Part shown: one piece after another, positions 40,956 through 51,001 of the stretch | Layout of the letters: each line of letters begins with the position of its first letter | Position numbering within the stretch: position 1 is the first letter of the stretch | Source: Clostridia bacterium | GTDB lineage: Bacteria > Bacillota > Clostridia > JAAYHZ01 | Assembly: GCA_050950825.1 (NCBI GenBank) | Contig: JBMNIH010000008.1 | Span: 1 to 64,000 of the forward strand | Reading direction: 5' to 3' | DNA length: 64,000 nt | Translations under genes and position numbers: made by a program | The notes under the pieces: model-generated | Database searches by the model: none | Told to the model about the DNA's origin: nothing | The model's input: only the letters and a program-made list of their open reading frames with translations

Positions 40956-42274
40956 TTCACATCCCTCTTGTATATCGGTAAGTATACCGCCGAATCCTTA
41001 ATAACGCATCCGGTCACCGAATCCGCTCTCATAAGCTCCGTACATTTGCTGCAGGTGATGCAGCATTTCTTTCGATCCATTTCGCCTTCGAACAATATAT
41101 CTTTTGCCATATCCGGGTAAGCAAAGGCTTGCCTTCCGAATCCGATAAAATCCGCAAGACCTTGTTCCAATACCCCGGCACCGACATACGGAGCCGCATG
41201 CCGCAGCCAAGTATATCCGGTGGACACGAACGCCATATTCCGGGTTTGGCTCTTTAAGTAGCCGATTCCTCGGATCAGACGCTCCACCCCTTTTACGGGA
41301 TGCTCGGGAGGCGTATAACCGCCGGAATCGTAAGGTCGATTCACATGGGGATTGTAGTAAGGGGTGCCCATGGTGATGTTAATGACGGGAACCTTCTTTT
41401 CTTCCAAAATTCCGATGAGCCTTGAAGGCTCCGTAAAATCCGGGATACGATAGTCTTCCTTCGAAACGCCGAAGCCGTAAGGCCAAGGTATTCCGTCGTA
41501 TGCGTTCAAACGGCAGGTAACGATAAAGTCCTTTGAGGTGGCAGCCTTTACTTTATCGATTACGTTCAGCAAGAATCGTGTTCTTCCTTCGAAATCCCCT
41601 CCGTATTTTCCCGGTCGGGTGTGAGCGGCCAAAAGGCCGGATATTAAGTACCGATGGCAAGACTTTATGTCCACGCCGTCGTAACCGGCTTTTTCCGCCA
41701 TAACAGCGGCCTTCACAAAGTCTTCCTCCAAACGCTCCAGCTCGTTATCGGTAATAATTTTTACGGAGTCGTCAAGCTTGTATTTTTCATCCAAAACCGG
41801 TACTCGGCAAGCCAACACCGGCTCCGGCTTGTTGTAGGGACGACAAAATCGTCCGGAATGGGTCAGCTGCATAATCACTAAAGGACTATGATGAAAAGCT
41901 TTCATCGCCCTTTCCCGTATGGTGCAAAGCAGCTTTTCGAAGGATTCCTTGTTGTTATCATGAATCCACAGCTGTCTCGGATTGGCCCTTCCTTCCGGAA
42001 CTGTCGCCACCGCTTCCATCCAAATCAATCCGGCGCCGCCTTCGGCAAACCGCTCGTACCTTCGCACCGTTAAATCCGACGGGGTTCCATCGGCGCTGCC
42101 GTCGCACCCCTCCATAGGCTGAAGGGCGATGGCATTAGGAGCCGTCTTGCTTCCTACCGGCACTTGTCTTTTAAATATGTCCAAATTGTCGGATACGGGA
42201 ATATCGACGTTGTATGCTTGAAAAGCGTTTTTGATATCGTCCGAATTTTTAAAACTGAAAAGGTCCTTTTCCAC
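40952..42274 (-). CDS. NADH:flavin oxidoreductase (Old Yellow Enzyme family) with C-terminal Cys cluster
   Basis: QPMEG, QLTHSGR, GYDGVDIKSCHRYL, YGGDFEGRTRF and CITCSKC...C. Confidence 0.88.
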   Translation of the reverse strand: MEKDLFSFKNSDDIKNAFQAYNVDIPVSDNLDIFKRQVPVGSKTAPNAIALQPMEGCDGSADGTPSDLTVRRYERFAEGGAGLIWMEAVATVPEGRANPRQLWIHDNNKESFEKLLCTIRERAMKAFHHSPLVIMQLTHSGRFCRPYNKPEPVLACRVPVLDEKYKLDDSVKIITDNELERLEEDFVKAAVMAEKAGYDGVDIKSCHRYLISGLLAAHTRPGKYGGDFEGRTRFLLNVIDKVKAATSKDFIVTCRLNAYDGIPWPYGFGVSKEDYRIPDFTEPSRLIGILEEKKVPVINITMGTPYYNPHVNRPYDSGGYTPPEHPVKGVERLIRGIGYLKSQTRNMAFVSTGYTWLRHAAPYVGAGVLEQGLADFIGFGRQAFAYPDMAKDILFEGEMDRKKCCITCSKCTELMRADSVTGCVIKDSAVYLPIYKRDVK

Positions 42275-42316
42275 TTGTTCCTCCTTCGTCGTTTTCTCTC
42301 TTCCGTTACAGGTTTG

Positions 42317-43651
42317 TCATTTTTTCTTTATGTAGGATATGTCATGCAAATCCGCAAGCTTTGCAAATACGCTCAATTCCTTCGTAAAATCTCCGTACAC
42401 CAGGGTAAAGTGGCAGCCTAAGATTTCACTCATTCGGTCCTCCAAGCCTTCCACCTGAATCTGCAGACGGGTTCTGCAGGTACGAATATCCGGAATCTTT
42501 TCGGCGATACCGGTAAAGTATTGGATGCTTTCCATATGGTTTCCGATCCGCATCAGGGTAACGGTTTTTTGAAGAGGGAAGGATACTTCCGTGCTGACGC
42601 CTTTCCCGGATTCGTGATGAGAACGAAGAGTCAAAGGAAGAGGACCTTCCTCCGTTACCGGTGCCGAGCAGTGAGACAGTATCAGTTTGTCTTTTTCCAT
42701 AACGATGGGATTGGCCATCCACGGGTTCTTCCCGGTCAGCTTCCGCATGACCAGAAGAGAGACCGCCGAATCCAAATCCCCTTCGCAGGCGCCGCACCAT
42801 ACGGCGGAGCTGTTTAAAAAGGAAAGCGCCAAGCAAGCCGTGGTATTGATTCTTCCGATCAGCTCAAAGCATTTGGTACAGAAGCAATCCGCCTCGTACT
42901 GCTGCAAAAGCTCGATGAAAATGCTCTGCAGCTTCGCGGCGTTTCTCACGTCTTCTTCGTTAGGCTCGATCAAAGCGTTCGCTTTTTCCAGCCAAGCATC
43001 GGCATAAATTTTCGCTTTTACATCGTCTCCGCTTTTGTAAAGCTCTTCGATTTCATCCAAGGACAGAGTCTTTACCGTAATACCGAATTTATCTTCGATT
43101 CTTTTTCCGCTTCGCACGCTGCTTAGAACCCAAGGCTCCGGTTCTCCGGCGCTGAGGATGACGGATTTTCGTAATAAATTCAAAACTTCCTTCGTTTTTA
43201 AATAACGCATCGCTTCTTCTCTCGTGTTAACGAAATAGGTTTTGACTCCCATTCTTTTCAACACGGCATACGTGTCGGTCATCGCCGGAGAAGCGTTCTT
43301 TTCGATCACTTTGTACCGTATCTCGTCACTAAAGAAATTTTGGTAGCAGCCGTTTACCAGCACCACAAACCGCGCCAATCTTCCTATTCTCAGCATCCAA
43401 GGCTGAACTCCTCCGCTCATGGGAACCAAAACAACGCCCTTCCCCTTGTATTGGGCCATAAACCCTTCAAATCCGTTTTCATCCGTAATCAGGTGAAAAT
43501 CGATGCTGTCTACGGGATAGGAAGGATGAACAAAGGCTTGTTTGCTTTCCTCGAAGGCTTGTAAAATTTCTTCTTCCTCCCAATAGCGGGTGGAAAACAA
43601 AAAACATACGATGCCCGGTTCGATTCCTTTTTTCTTTTTGCTTTCAGTCAC
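42317..43651 (-). CDS. L-fucose/L-arabinose isomerase-like protein
   Basis: KCF, CEGDLD, WMANP, SHCSAP, CRT and GCHFTLVYGD resemble the FucI/AraA-superfamily C-terminal region. Confidence 0.7.
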   Translation of the reverse strand: MTESKKKKGIEPGIVCFLFSTRYWEEEEILQAFEESKQAFVHPSYPVDSIDFHLITDENGFEGFMAQYKGKGVVLVPMSGGVQPWMLRIGRLARFVVLVNGCYQNFFSDEIRYKVIEKNASPAMTDTYAVLKRMGVKTYFVNTREEAMRYLKTKEVLNLLRKSVILSAGEPEPWVLSSVRSGKRIEDKFGITVKTLSLDEIEELYKSGDDVKAKIYADAWLEKANALIEPNEEDVRNAAKLQSIFIELLQQYEADCFCTKCFELIGRINTTACLALSFLNSSAVWCGACEGDLDSAVSLLVMRKLTGKNPWMANPIVMEKDKLILSHCSAPVTEEGPLPLTLRSHHESGKGVSTEVSFPLQKTVTLMRIGNHMESIQYFTGIAEKIPDIRTCRTRLQIQVEGLEDRMSEILGCHFTLVYGDFTKELSVFAKLADLHDISYIKKK

Positions 43652-45236
43652 GTTCGATCCTCTCCAATAATTTTTTCATATTACCCCCCAAAATCTTTCT
43701 CTTATCCTCAATGGATATACGGGAATAGGCGACCCATGCCAGTTGAGGGGCGGGGTCTCTCATGGGCGTGTCGGTACCGAACAGGACTTTATCCGCACCG
43801 ACCTTTTCAACCATATATTCAATAATACCTCGAGTTAAGGAGGTATAGGTTATTTCCAAGTAAGCGTTTTTGTATCTTTTTGCAACGTCAATCATAAAAT
43901 CCGCATTCGGATAGCTGCTTCCGCTGTGGGCCAATAATATAGCGATGTCGGGATAGGTTTCGCACAGCTTCGGAATCTTCGGATAGATGCTTGAGGATCC
44001 GGTATGAAGCAGCATCAAAAGCTTTCTTTTGTTGGCATACTCGTACCACTCTTTGTACTTCTCATCCAATATGTCCAGCCCGTGCTTCGGGTAATAGGGT
44101 TTGATTCCCACAAAGCCTTTGTCTTTTTCGTGAAATTCCGGAATCACCGTTTCCAATTCCTCTCGGTAATTGGGGTTTAACGAGGCGTAGCTTAAAAAAC
44201 GTCCCGGGAAATCCGACATGGCTTTTTGGCATGTTTTGTTGGCATTGGTTCCGTTTACGGAGATTCCTTCCCAAGGCACGGTTATCGTACAGTCGATACC
44301 CAATTCGTCCATGGTCCTCACCATGGACTTGGCATCGCCGTTCTTCATGACCAAATCGCTGAGGGTATAAATGCCGTCGCCGGACATATGGGCATGAGCG
44401 TCGATGATGTAATAGGATGTCAAGGGTTTTCCTTGGTCGACCAAGGAAGCCGCTTCGTCAAAATCCGGCTCTCCCCTGTAGAGCTCCAAATCCTTTTCGT
44501 CGATATGAAGCAGGCGACAAGCGTTGCCGCAGGCTACCGCATCCTTTTCTTCCTCCGACAGACGGGCGTATTCCACCAGCGCCTTTAATCCCCCCATGAC
44601 CTTGAAGGGATAATCGCTTCCGAATAAGGCTCGCTCAATGCCGAAATACTGCTTTGTGACCTCCAAAATGTCGTTGGATTGGTTGGAAGATATGTCAAAA
44701 TGGAGATTTTTATATCTTCCCAAAAGAGAAAACAAATAACGGTTGTGAGACCATGCCGTATCGGTGAGTATGACGTTGACAGAAGGATAGGCATCCAAGA
44801 ATCGTTCCAACTCGCTCCAATCCGTTTGGGTAATGGAAAGAATAAGGGGTAAATCTTTTGACTGCATCGTAAGGCAAAGCTTTTCCATGGCTTTCGGCGT
44901 GAAAAGGTGTCTTACGGATTTCGGTGCGATATGTACGGCTTTGACCTTTTCTTGATTCAGGATGTCGTACTCAAAGGGTTCGTCCCATTCGTACTTCATC
45001 GCAGGAATCATGGTGGCCGCCAAATACAGGCCTTTGTATTTTTCCGCCGTTTCGATTCCCTTTCGGTTTCCCTGTATCAGACTGTATTCCATACCTTCGT
45101 TTTGAATAAAGAGGCTGCCGTGAATACGGTAGTAAGCCATATCCTTTATCAAGGTTTCGGGATCCCTCGGAAATCTTTCGTCCCAAACGGATTTTCTTCC
45201 TAACGAGGTGTGTATGTCAAAGTATTTTCTCTGCAT
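43644..45236 (-). CDS. Tandem double amidohydrolase-2 domain protein
   Basis: Two TIM-barrel units ending LFGSDYP and LFGTDTP. The second has DAHAH, LHTG and LAHSG. Confidence 0.82.
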   Translation of the reverse strand: MQRKYFDIHTSLGRKSVWDERFPRDPETLIKDMAYYRIHGSLFIQNEGMEYSLIQGNRKGIETAEKYKGLYLAATMIPAMKYEWDEPFEYDILNQEKVKAVHIAPKSVRHLFTPKAMEKLCLTMQSKDLPLILSITQTDWSELERFLDAYPSVNVILTDTAWSHNRYLFSLLGRYKNLHFDISSNQSNDILEVTKQYFGIERALFGSDYPFKVMGGLKALVEYARLSEEEKDAVACGNACRLLHIDEKDLELYRGEPDFDEAASLVDQGKPLTSYYIIDAHAHMSGDGIYTLSDLVMKNGDAKSMVRTMDELGIDCTITVPWEGISVNGTNANKTCQKAMSDFPGRFLSYASLNPNYREELETVIPEFHEKDKGFVGIKPYYPKHGLDILDEKYKEWYEYANKRKLLMLLHTGSSSIYPKIPKLCETYPDIAILLAHSGSSYPNADFMIDVAKRYKNAYLEITYTSLTRGIIEYMVEKVGADKVLFGTDTPMRDPAPQLAWVAYSRISIEDKRKILGGNMKKLLERIERD

Positions 45237-45302
45237 GGCCTTCCCTCCCAAAACAAACGGAAGATAAGATAGCAAAGAAACCCTCCTTGCGAGGGCTCCC
45301 TC

Positions 45303-46061
45303 TTAACTTCCGAATATTTTCTTCAATGCTTTCGCGTCTTCGTAAAACTGTTCTTCCGTGTCGTTGCGGACAAACTCAATCATGGCGTAACGACCCTTGG
45401 GCAGGGAAGCAATTTTTTGAGCTAAAGGAATCCAGTTTTTAATACCGGCTTCCAAAGCCATCCGTTCTCTGCCTTCCCAGTAGTATACGTGGATGTTGGA
45501 TAGATAGGGTGCGATTCGATCCAGCATATCCAATTGTTCTTCTTGGGTGGAGCCGATGGGAGGCTGCCAATAGGATAGAATATTTTTCTCCAAACGCCGA
45601 TCCAAAAGGTCCATGGCGGAGTCTATCGTATCGGTTAAGGTATTGGCATGATATTCGTAAGCGATATCGATGCCGTATTCGGCGGCGGCTTTTGCAATAC
45701 GGCCGGTTTCGGAAATCATGTTTTCACGAACCGCTTCTTCCGTTTTGTCGCTGGCCGTATCTCCCGCCCACACGCGGATAACCGGCGCTTCCAAAGCGAC
45801 GGCGCTTTGCAGCACCTTGTCAAAGGTCAGATTGTATTTTTCTTCACATCCTACTCGGTAATAGGATCCGTAGGAGGCGACCTCCAATCCTGCCTCTTTG
45901 GTCATTTCTTTCACCTTTCGAGCAAGTTCCACGTCGCCGTGAGGAACGTGGACGTCTCCTCCCCATTCAATGGCACAAAGTCCCGCATTTTTTACCATTT
46001 CGATAATCTTTTCAGGGGAGAATTTACGAAAACTTACCGATACCAATCCCGTTTTGATCAT
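45303..46061 (-). CDS. Sugar-phosphate isomerase/epimerase (AP-endonuclease-2 TIM barrel)
   Basis: IEWGGDVH, IRVWAG, YEYH, NIHV and IEF motifs. Confidence 0.82.
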   Translation of the reverse strand: MIKTGLVSVSFRKFSPEKIIEMVKNAGLCAIEWGGDVHVPHGDVELARKVKEMTKEAGLEVASYGSYYRVGCEEKYNLTFDKVLQSAVALEAPVIRVWAGDTASDKTEEAVRENMISETGRIAKAAAEYGIDIAYEYHANTLTDTIDSAMDLLDRRLEKNILSYWQPPIGSTQEEQLDMLDRIAPYLSNIHVYYWEGRERMALEAGIKNWIPLAQKIASLPKGRYAMIEFVRNDTEEQFYEDAKALKKIFGS

Positions 46062-46085
46062 AACAACCTCCGAATTCCCGTGACA

Positions 46086-46814
46086 TTAATCCTGGTCCCA
46101 ATTATGATATACCGTTTGAACGTCATCCAGCTCTTCCAACGCATCGATCAATTTTTCCATGTTGGAAATATGCTTTTCGTTGTCCAATGCGGTGTAGTTT
46201 TGGGGAACCATGGCGATTTCGGCGGACATAAACTCGTACCCCGCCTTTTCCAAGCTTTCTCGAACGGAAGAAAAATCCCCGGGTGCCGTGGTGATTTCGT
46301 AATATTCCTCTTCCACGTTAAAATCCTCGGCTCCCGCTTCGATGCTGTGCATCATCAATTCTTCTTCGTCGATCTCGTCTTTCTTTTCAATAACGATAAC
46401 ACCTTTTTTATCGAACATAAAAGAAACGCATCCGGTTGTTCCCAAATTCCCGTTGTATTTATCAAACAGATGACGAACATCCCCTGCCGTTCGGTTGCGA
46501 TTGTCCGTCATGGCATTGACGATAACGGCAACGCCTCCGGGACCGTAGCCTTCATAGGTTACTTCTTCATAGCTTGCGGAATCCGATTCCCCTGCGGCTT
46601 TTTTTATGCTTCTCATAATGGTATCGTTCGGCATATTCGCCGCTTTAGCCTTGGCAATAACGTCTTTTAGACGGGAATTGTTTTCGGGATCGGGACCGCC
46701 GGATCTTACCGCCACTAAAATTTCTCTTCCCAATTTGGTAAATATTTTGCCCTTTTGAGCATCGGTTTTTTCTTTTTTACGCTTTATATTCGCCCATTTC
46801 GAGTGTCCGGACAT
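46086..46814 (-). CDS. yebC: YebC/PmpR family protein
   Basis: [19 protein letters not shown] and TDNRNRT motifs. Confidence 0.96.
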   Translation of the reverse strand: MSGHSKWANIKRKKEKTDAQKGKIFTKLGREILVAVRSGGPDPENNSRLKDVIAKAKAANMPNDTIMRSIKKAAGESDSASYEEVTYEGYGPGGVAVIVNAMTDNRNRTAGDVRHLFDKYNGNLGTTGCVSFMFDKKGVIVIEKKDEIDEEELMMHSIEAGAEDFNVEEEYYEITTAPGDFSSVRESLEKAGYEFMSAEIAMVPQNYTALDNEKHISNMEKLIDALEELDDVQTVYHNWDQD

Positions 46815-46844
46815 ATAGATATACCACCTTTAAAATTAGATTCT

Positions 46845-47480
46845 TCATCGAATAGCCATAGCCCTGTATTCGGCGGAGCCTTTTTTCACCGCAGCATTTC
46901 CACCCGTCAAATCCATAATTTGAGCAATGACGAAATCCCCTTGGTCTTCCGGCAATACCAAAACCATTTCCACACCGGCTCCGAAACGAACATCCTCTTT
47001 CGTTAAACCGGAGACGTTCACGTAATTGTCCACTTTTCCGTAATGGCTGTAATCCAAGGTAAAGGTGACAGGTATATGGGGGGCCATTTTGACAATGCCG
47101 GCCTTCTCCACTCCTTTGAATGCGCTTTTTCCGTATGCACGAACAAGTCCTTTGGCACCTAAGGGAATGCCGCCGTAATAGCGGGTAACCACGATACATA
47201 TATTATTCAACCGGTTCTTCTTGATGGCCTCCATGGTCGGTAAACCGGCGGTTCCGCTAGGCTCCCCGTCGTCGCTGTATTTTTGCAAAAAGGACGGTTC
47301 GTCGGTGCTGTATGCATAAACATGATGAGTGGCATCCGGATAACGGTTCTTGACCGAATCGATAAACTGCTGTACCTCATCGATGCTTCGGGTATGTGCT
47401 ACGGTTGCTATAAATTTGGATTTTTTCTCGATCATCTCGAAAGAATCCGTCTTTCCTACCGTCAAGTATTCTTTCAACAT
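46845..47480 (-). CDS. yigZ: YigZ/IMPACT family protein
   Basis: KKSKFIA, SDDGEPSGTAG and RYYGGIPLGAKGLVRAY motifs. Confidence 0.93.
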   Translation of the reverse strand: MLKEYLTVGKTDSFEMIEKKSKFIATVAHTRSIDEVQQFIDSVKNRYPDATHHVYAYSTDEPSFLQKYSDDGEPSGTAGLPTMEAIKKNRLNNICIVVTRYYGGIPLGAKGLVRAYGKSAFKGVEKAGIVKMAPHIPVTFTLDYSHYGKVDNYVNVSGLTKEDVRFGAGVEMVLVLPEDQGDFVIAQIMDLTGGNAAVKKGSAEYRAMAIR

Positions 47481-47534
47481 GGCTATACCTCTTAAAATAT
47501 TATATCATACAGACCCTCCGTTGCAAGTCATTTT

Positions 47535-48038
47535 TTATACCCCGGATGAGCCAAACCCGCCTCCTCTGTCCGTTCCGAACCTTTTCACGTCGTCTACCTG
47601 CTCCCAACGAATCCTCGGAACCTTCGAAAGTACCATTTGGGCAATACGATCCCCCTTCTTGATCAGGTAGCTTCCTTGGGGGTTTCCTTCGTCTTTCAAC
47701 GTATAAACTTTATCCGGGCTTCCGGTTGCCAAGTTGTGCATAATAACCATGACTTCTCCGCGATAGCCGGAATCGATGGTAGCCGGAGAATTGGGTATTC
47801 GTAGCAGCGTTTTTAAGGAAATACCGCTTCTTGGCCTTATTTGCACCTCGTACCCCGGAGGAATGGCAAGCTTGATTCCCGTAGGCACCGGTACGGTTTC
47901 ACCGGGCTTTATAAGGCAGTCTTCCGCCGCATAAATATCCATTCCCGCATCGTACGGATTGGCGTATCGAGGAAATACCGCTCCTTCCCTGCAAAGCTCG
48001 ATCTTGATATCTACGATTTCAATGTTTTGCTCGTTCAT
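47535..48038 (-). CDS. dut: dUTPase (trimeric)
   Basis: AGMD, RPRSG, IDSGYRGE, RIAQ and RGGGFGSSG motifs. Confidence 0.96.
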   Translation of the reverse strand: MNEQNIEIVDIKIELCREGAVFPRYANPYDAGMDIYAAEDCLIKPGETVPVPTGIKLAIPPGYEVQIRPRSGISLKTLLRIPNSPATIDSGYRGEVMVIMHNLATGSPDKVYTLKDEGNPQGSYLIKKGDRIAQMVLSKVPRIRWEQVDDVKRFGTDRGGGFGSSGV

Positions 48039-48057
48039 TTTCCAAAGTCTCCTCCCT

Positions 48058-50487
48058 TTACACTCCCTTGCCCCAATGACCGGTATCGGTTTTTACGGTT
48101 AAGCTCCATAAGGCCGGATCCTTCATCCCGGCTACGATCTTCCTAATTTGATCCCGGGTTTCCTTATGGAAAATCAAACGGTTCGACCCGACGGAAAGCT
48201 CGTGACGAATTCTCAGCGGATCGGCACTTAATATTTGAACGCCGCAGTCAAAGGCCGTGTAAAACATATCGTACCTTTTGTTCATTCGATCCGATAGGCT
48301 TATCTCCTCCCGATGAAAGGAACATTTTTTTCTGTCCTGAAGACCGCACAGCTTCATGCCTCCCGTAGGACAATAGGCTAACGTCATCAAAGGAATACGC
48401 CCGTATACCACAAGCTCTATCCTTTTAGGATCGACGGATACAAGCTCTTCGGTCTCGCTTTTGTTAAGCTCTACGGAAGGGGTGATTCGTATCAGTCCTT
48501 TTTCCTTTAAATATTCTGCGGTATATCGATTGAACACGTTCAAGCCGATATCGCCCATTATATTCACATATCCGTAACGCTTTAAAAGCTCAACGGATCC
48601 CATATTCCCGCAATAGATGCCGTCCAAATTTCTTCCGAGTCCTTTTACCAGAAGGCTTTCAAGATAGCAAGAGGCGTTTTCTCCCGTAATCGCCGGAATA
48701 AAGGCGTTGAATTTCATACCGGCGTTTTTCAACTTTTCACCTAAAGATTCGATAATCTCCTCGTCAAGCTCCAAAAGGGGCAGCGTGACTTCGTCCAGCC
48801 CGAAACCGGTATAGTCCGTATCCTTATTGAAGGTATAAAACATTCCGTTCCATGCAGGCTCCGCTTTTTCATAGGATGTATTACAAGCCTTGGTTTGGTC
48901 CTCAAAACCCAAACGAAATTCCCGTCGGGTCTTGTTTCGTAAAAAATCCATCTTCTCTAAAGCCTCTCTTCTTAATCGGTTGAGGGCGGTTAAGGAGATG
49001 TAGATATTCTCGTCCATATCCGTACGTAACGTCTCGAATACAAAGGGCGTATCCCCCGTTCTTTTTAATCGATCCTCCGCATCCTTTTGTAAAACCGGTG
49101 CCTTGTCCGCTTTTTCCACTCTTTCGTCCCCTTCCGTGCGGACGATATTTCCTTCGCTGTCCTGTACGATTAAAACCGGTTTTTCATTAAGCTTTGCGAT
49201 AAAGGTTCCGAACAAAGGAATTTTCACGGTACGGTAGGGCTTTCCCGTTATGATTTTTTTCATCCGTTGGTGTAAATTCCGGTCATAGGTTTTGTATACG
49301 TCATAAACAAGGTCTTTGGCGTTTTTCACGTTACCGATAAGCACCTTTTGCCCGGGTGCGGCCCTTTCAAGCCGTTTTCCCGAAAGGTCCTGAATGGAGG
49401 ATACGTAAAACCCGATGCGGTCTTCCGACGGACGTTGAAGAAACAGGCCGTCTCCGCTTTCGATATCGGTAATCGGGGCAATCTCCAATAGCCCGTCCCT
49501 TTTCTTCGGGCTTTTTACGGCTTTTCCAACGTATACGCCTTCTTTTCCTTCTTGGGAGTATGCCGATATTTGCGGAAAATCCTTTTTAAAAGCGTAGCCC
49601 GGCCACATCTTTCCCCGGTTGAAAATCAAGAGCAAGTCGTTGTAGTCTTTTTCATCCGTCCGGTAGTTTTCAGGGTCCTGTAAAGCCCGATCCAAATACT
49701 TTCGGTATACGGATACGGTGCAGGCTACGTATTCGGGGCTACGCATTCTGCCTTCGATCTTTAAGCTTTTTACGCCGGAAGAAACCACCCGGGGAAGATA
49801 CTCGATCATGCTTAAGTCCTTTATGGACAAAAGAGGCCCTTTTTTTATCTCCTTATAGCCTGCTCCTTTATTAATACAAAGGGAATAATCCAATCGGCAG
49901 GGTTGGGCACAGCAGCCCCGGTTTCCGCTTCTTCCTCCGATAAAGCTGCTCATAAGGCATTGGCCGGAGTAGCTTACGCACATGGCGCCGTGGACAAAGA
50001 TTTCAATTTCCGCAGGGCTTTTTTGAGCGATATTTTTGATTTGCTCCATGGAGCATTCCCGTGCCAAGATTACGCGGGACGCACCGGCTTCATGAAGGGC
50101 GTAAACTCCGTTCAAGTCGTATACCGTCGTTTGGGTACTGGCGTGAATTTCCAAGTCCGAAAAGTGTGATTTAATAAGCCGCATCAATCCGATATCCTGC
50201 ACGATAACGGCATCGATACCGGCTCGGTATGCGGATTCTAAGGTCTTCAGCGCATCTTTTATTTCACGGTCGTGGATTAACGTATTCAGTACTAAAAAAA
50301 ATTTAACACCTCCGGAGCGGCAATACCCGATTGCTTCCGAAAGTGCTTTTTCATCGAAATTATCCGCACCTGCTCTTGCATTGAAATTCTTTGCTCCTGC
50401 GTAAACCGCATCGGCTCCGGCGTTCACCGCCGCCTTCAAGGAATCAAAATTGCCTGCAGGTGCCAAAAGCTCAACCTTTTGATTCAT
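48058..50487 (-). CDS. Peptidase-U32 family long protein, probable 23S rRNA hydroxylase (RlhA-type)
   Basis: ELLAPAG, HASTQ, HGAMCVSYSGQC, NRGCCAQPCR and KIEGR motifs. ~810 aa with a C-terminal second U32-like part. Confidence 0.85.
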   Translation of the reverse strand: MNQKVELLAPAGNFDSLKAAVNAGADAVYAGAKNFNARAGADNFDEKALSEAIGYCRSGGVKFFLVLNTLIHDREIKDALKTLESAYRAGIDAVIVQDIGLMRLIKSHFSDLEIHASTQTTVYDLNGVYALHEAGASRVILARECSMEQIKNIAQKSPAEIEIFVHGAMCVSYSGQCLMSSFIGGRSGNRGCCAQPCRLDYSLCINKGAGYKEIKKGPLLSIKDLSMIEYLPRVVSSGVKSLKIEGRMRSPEYVACTVSVYRKYLDRALQDPENYRTDEKDYNDLLLIFNRGKMWPGYAFKKDFPQISAYSQEGKEGVYVGKAVKSPKKRDGLLEIAPITDIESGDGLFLQRPSEDRIGFYVSSIQDLSGKRLERAAPGQKVLIGNVKNAKDLVYDVYKTYDRNLHQRMKKIITGKPYRTVKIPLFGTFIAKLNEKPVLIVQDSEGNIVRTEGDERVEKADKAPVLQKDAEDRLKRTGDTPFVFETLRTDMDENIYISLTALNRLRREALEKMDFLRNKTRREFRLGFEDQTKACNTSYEKAEPAWNGMFYTFNKDTDYTGFGLDEVTLPLLELDEEIIESLGEKLKNAGMKFNAFIPAITGENASCYLESLLVKGLGRNLDGIYCGNMGSVELLKRYGYVNIMGDIGLNVFNRYTAEYLKEKGLIRITPSVELNKSETEELVSVDPKRIELVVYGRIPLMTLAYCPTGGMKLCGLQDRKKCSFHREEISLSDRMNKRYDMFYTAFDCGVQILSADPLRIRHELSVGSNRLIFHKETRDQIRKIVAGMKDPALWSLTVKTDTGHWGKGV

Positions 50488-50508
50488 CCTACCTCCAAGG
50501 CACATCCG

Positions 50509-50907
50509 TTATTTTTTATAGTTTTTCCGGTTCCGAAGCTCCTTGAGCTCCGTTTCGCATTTGACCAGTTCCAGCCTTAACCGGTTGACTTCCTCCTCCA
50601 ACCGGTCCTTTTCGCTTTGGAGTCTGTTTTTTTCATTCTCCAAGGAAACGGTCTTTTCTTTTCTCACCTTCAAGTCTTCTTCCAAAGCCACGGCTTCTTC
50701 TTTTAGCTTGAATAAATCGCTAGTAATGTGCAACGCAGCTAAAACCGCAGCCATTGAGGTACTCAGCTTACTGCTTCCCTCCATTATTTTGCTCATTTTT
50801 TTGTCGAGATATAAGGCGAGTTTTTGAACGTATTCTTCACTTTCACTGCTTTTTATGCCATATTCTTTTCCCGCAATTCGGACTACGGTTCTGTTTTTGG
50901 CTTCCAC
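50509..50907 (-). CDS. zapA: Cell division protein ZapA
   Basis: VRIAGKEY, EEYVQKLALYLDKKM and AAVLAAL, then a coiled coil. Confidence 0.88.
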   Translation of the reverse strand: MEAKNRTVVRIAGKEYGIKSSESEEYVQKLALYLDKKMSKIMEGSSKLSTSMAAVLAALHITSDLFKLKEEAVALEEDLKVRKEKTVSLENEKNRLQSEKDRLEEEVNRLRLELVKCETELKELRNRKNYKK

Positions 50908-51001
50908 TTCGATTTGCTCCCCACATCTTATGATAATTCTATTATAGCATACGGTCCAAATACTGCAAATAATATTTCATTTTGGAGGAAGCATAGGTCC
51001 T

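Noticed and set aside
45648-46670. 340-aa plus-strand ORF
   Set aside because: Antisense shadow of yebC and the isomerase gene, with no RBS or motifs.
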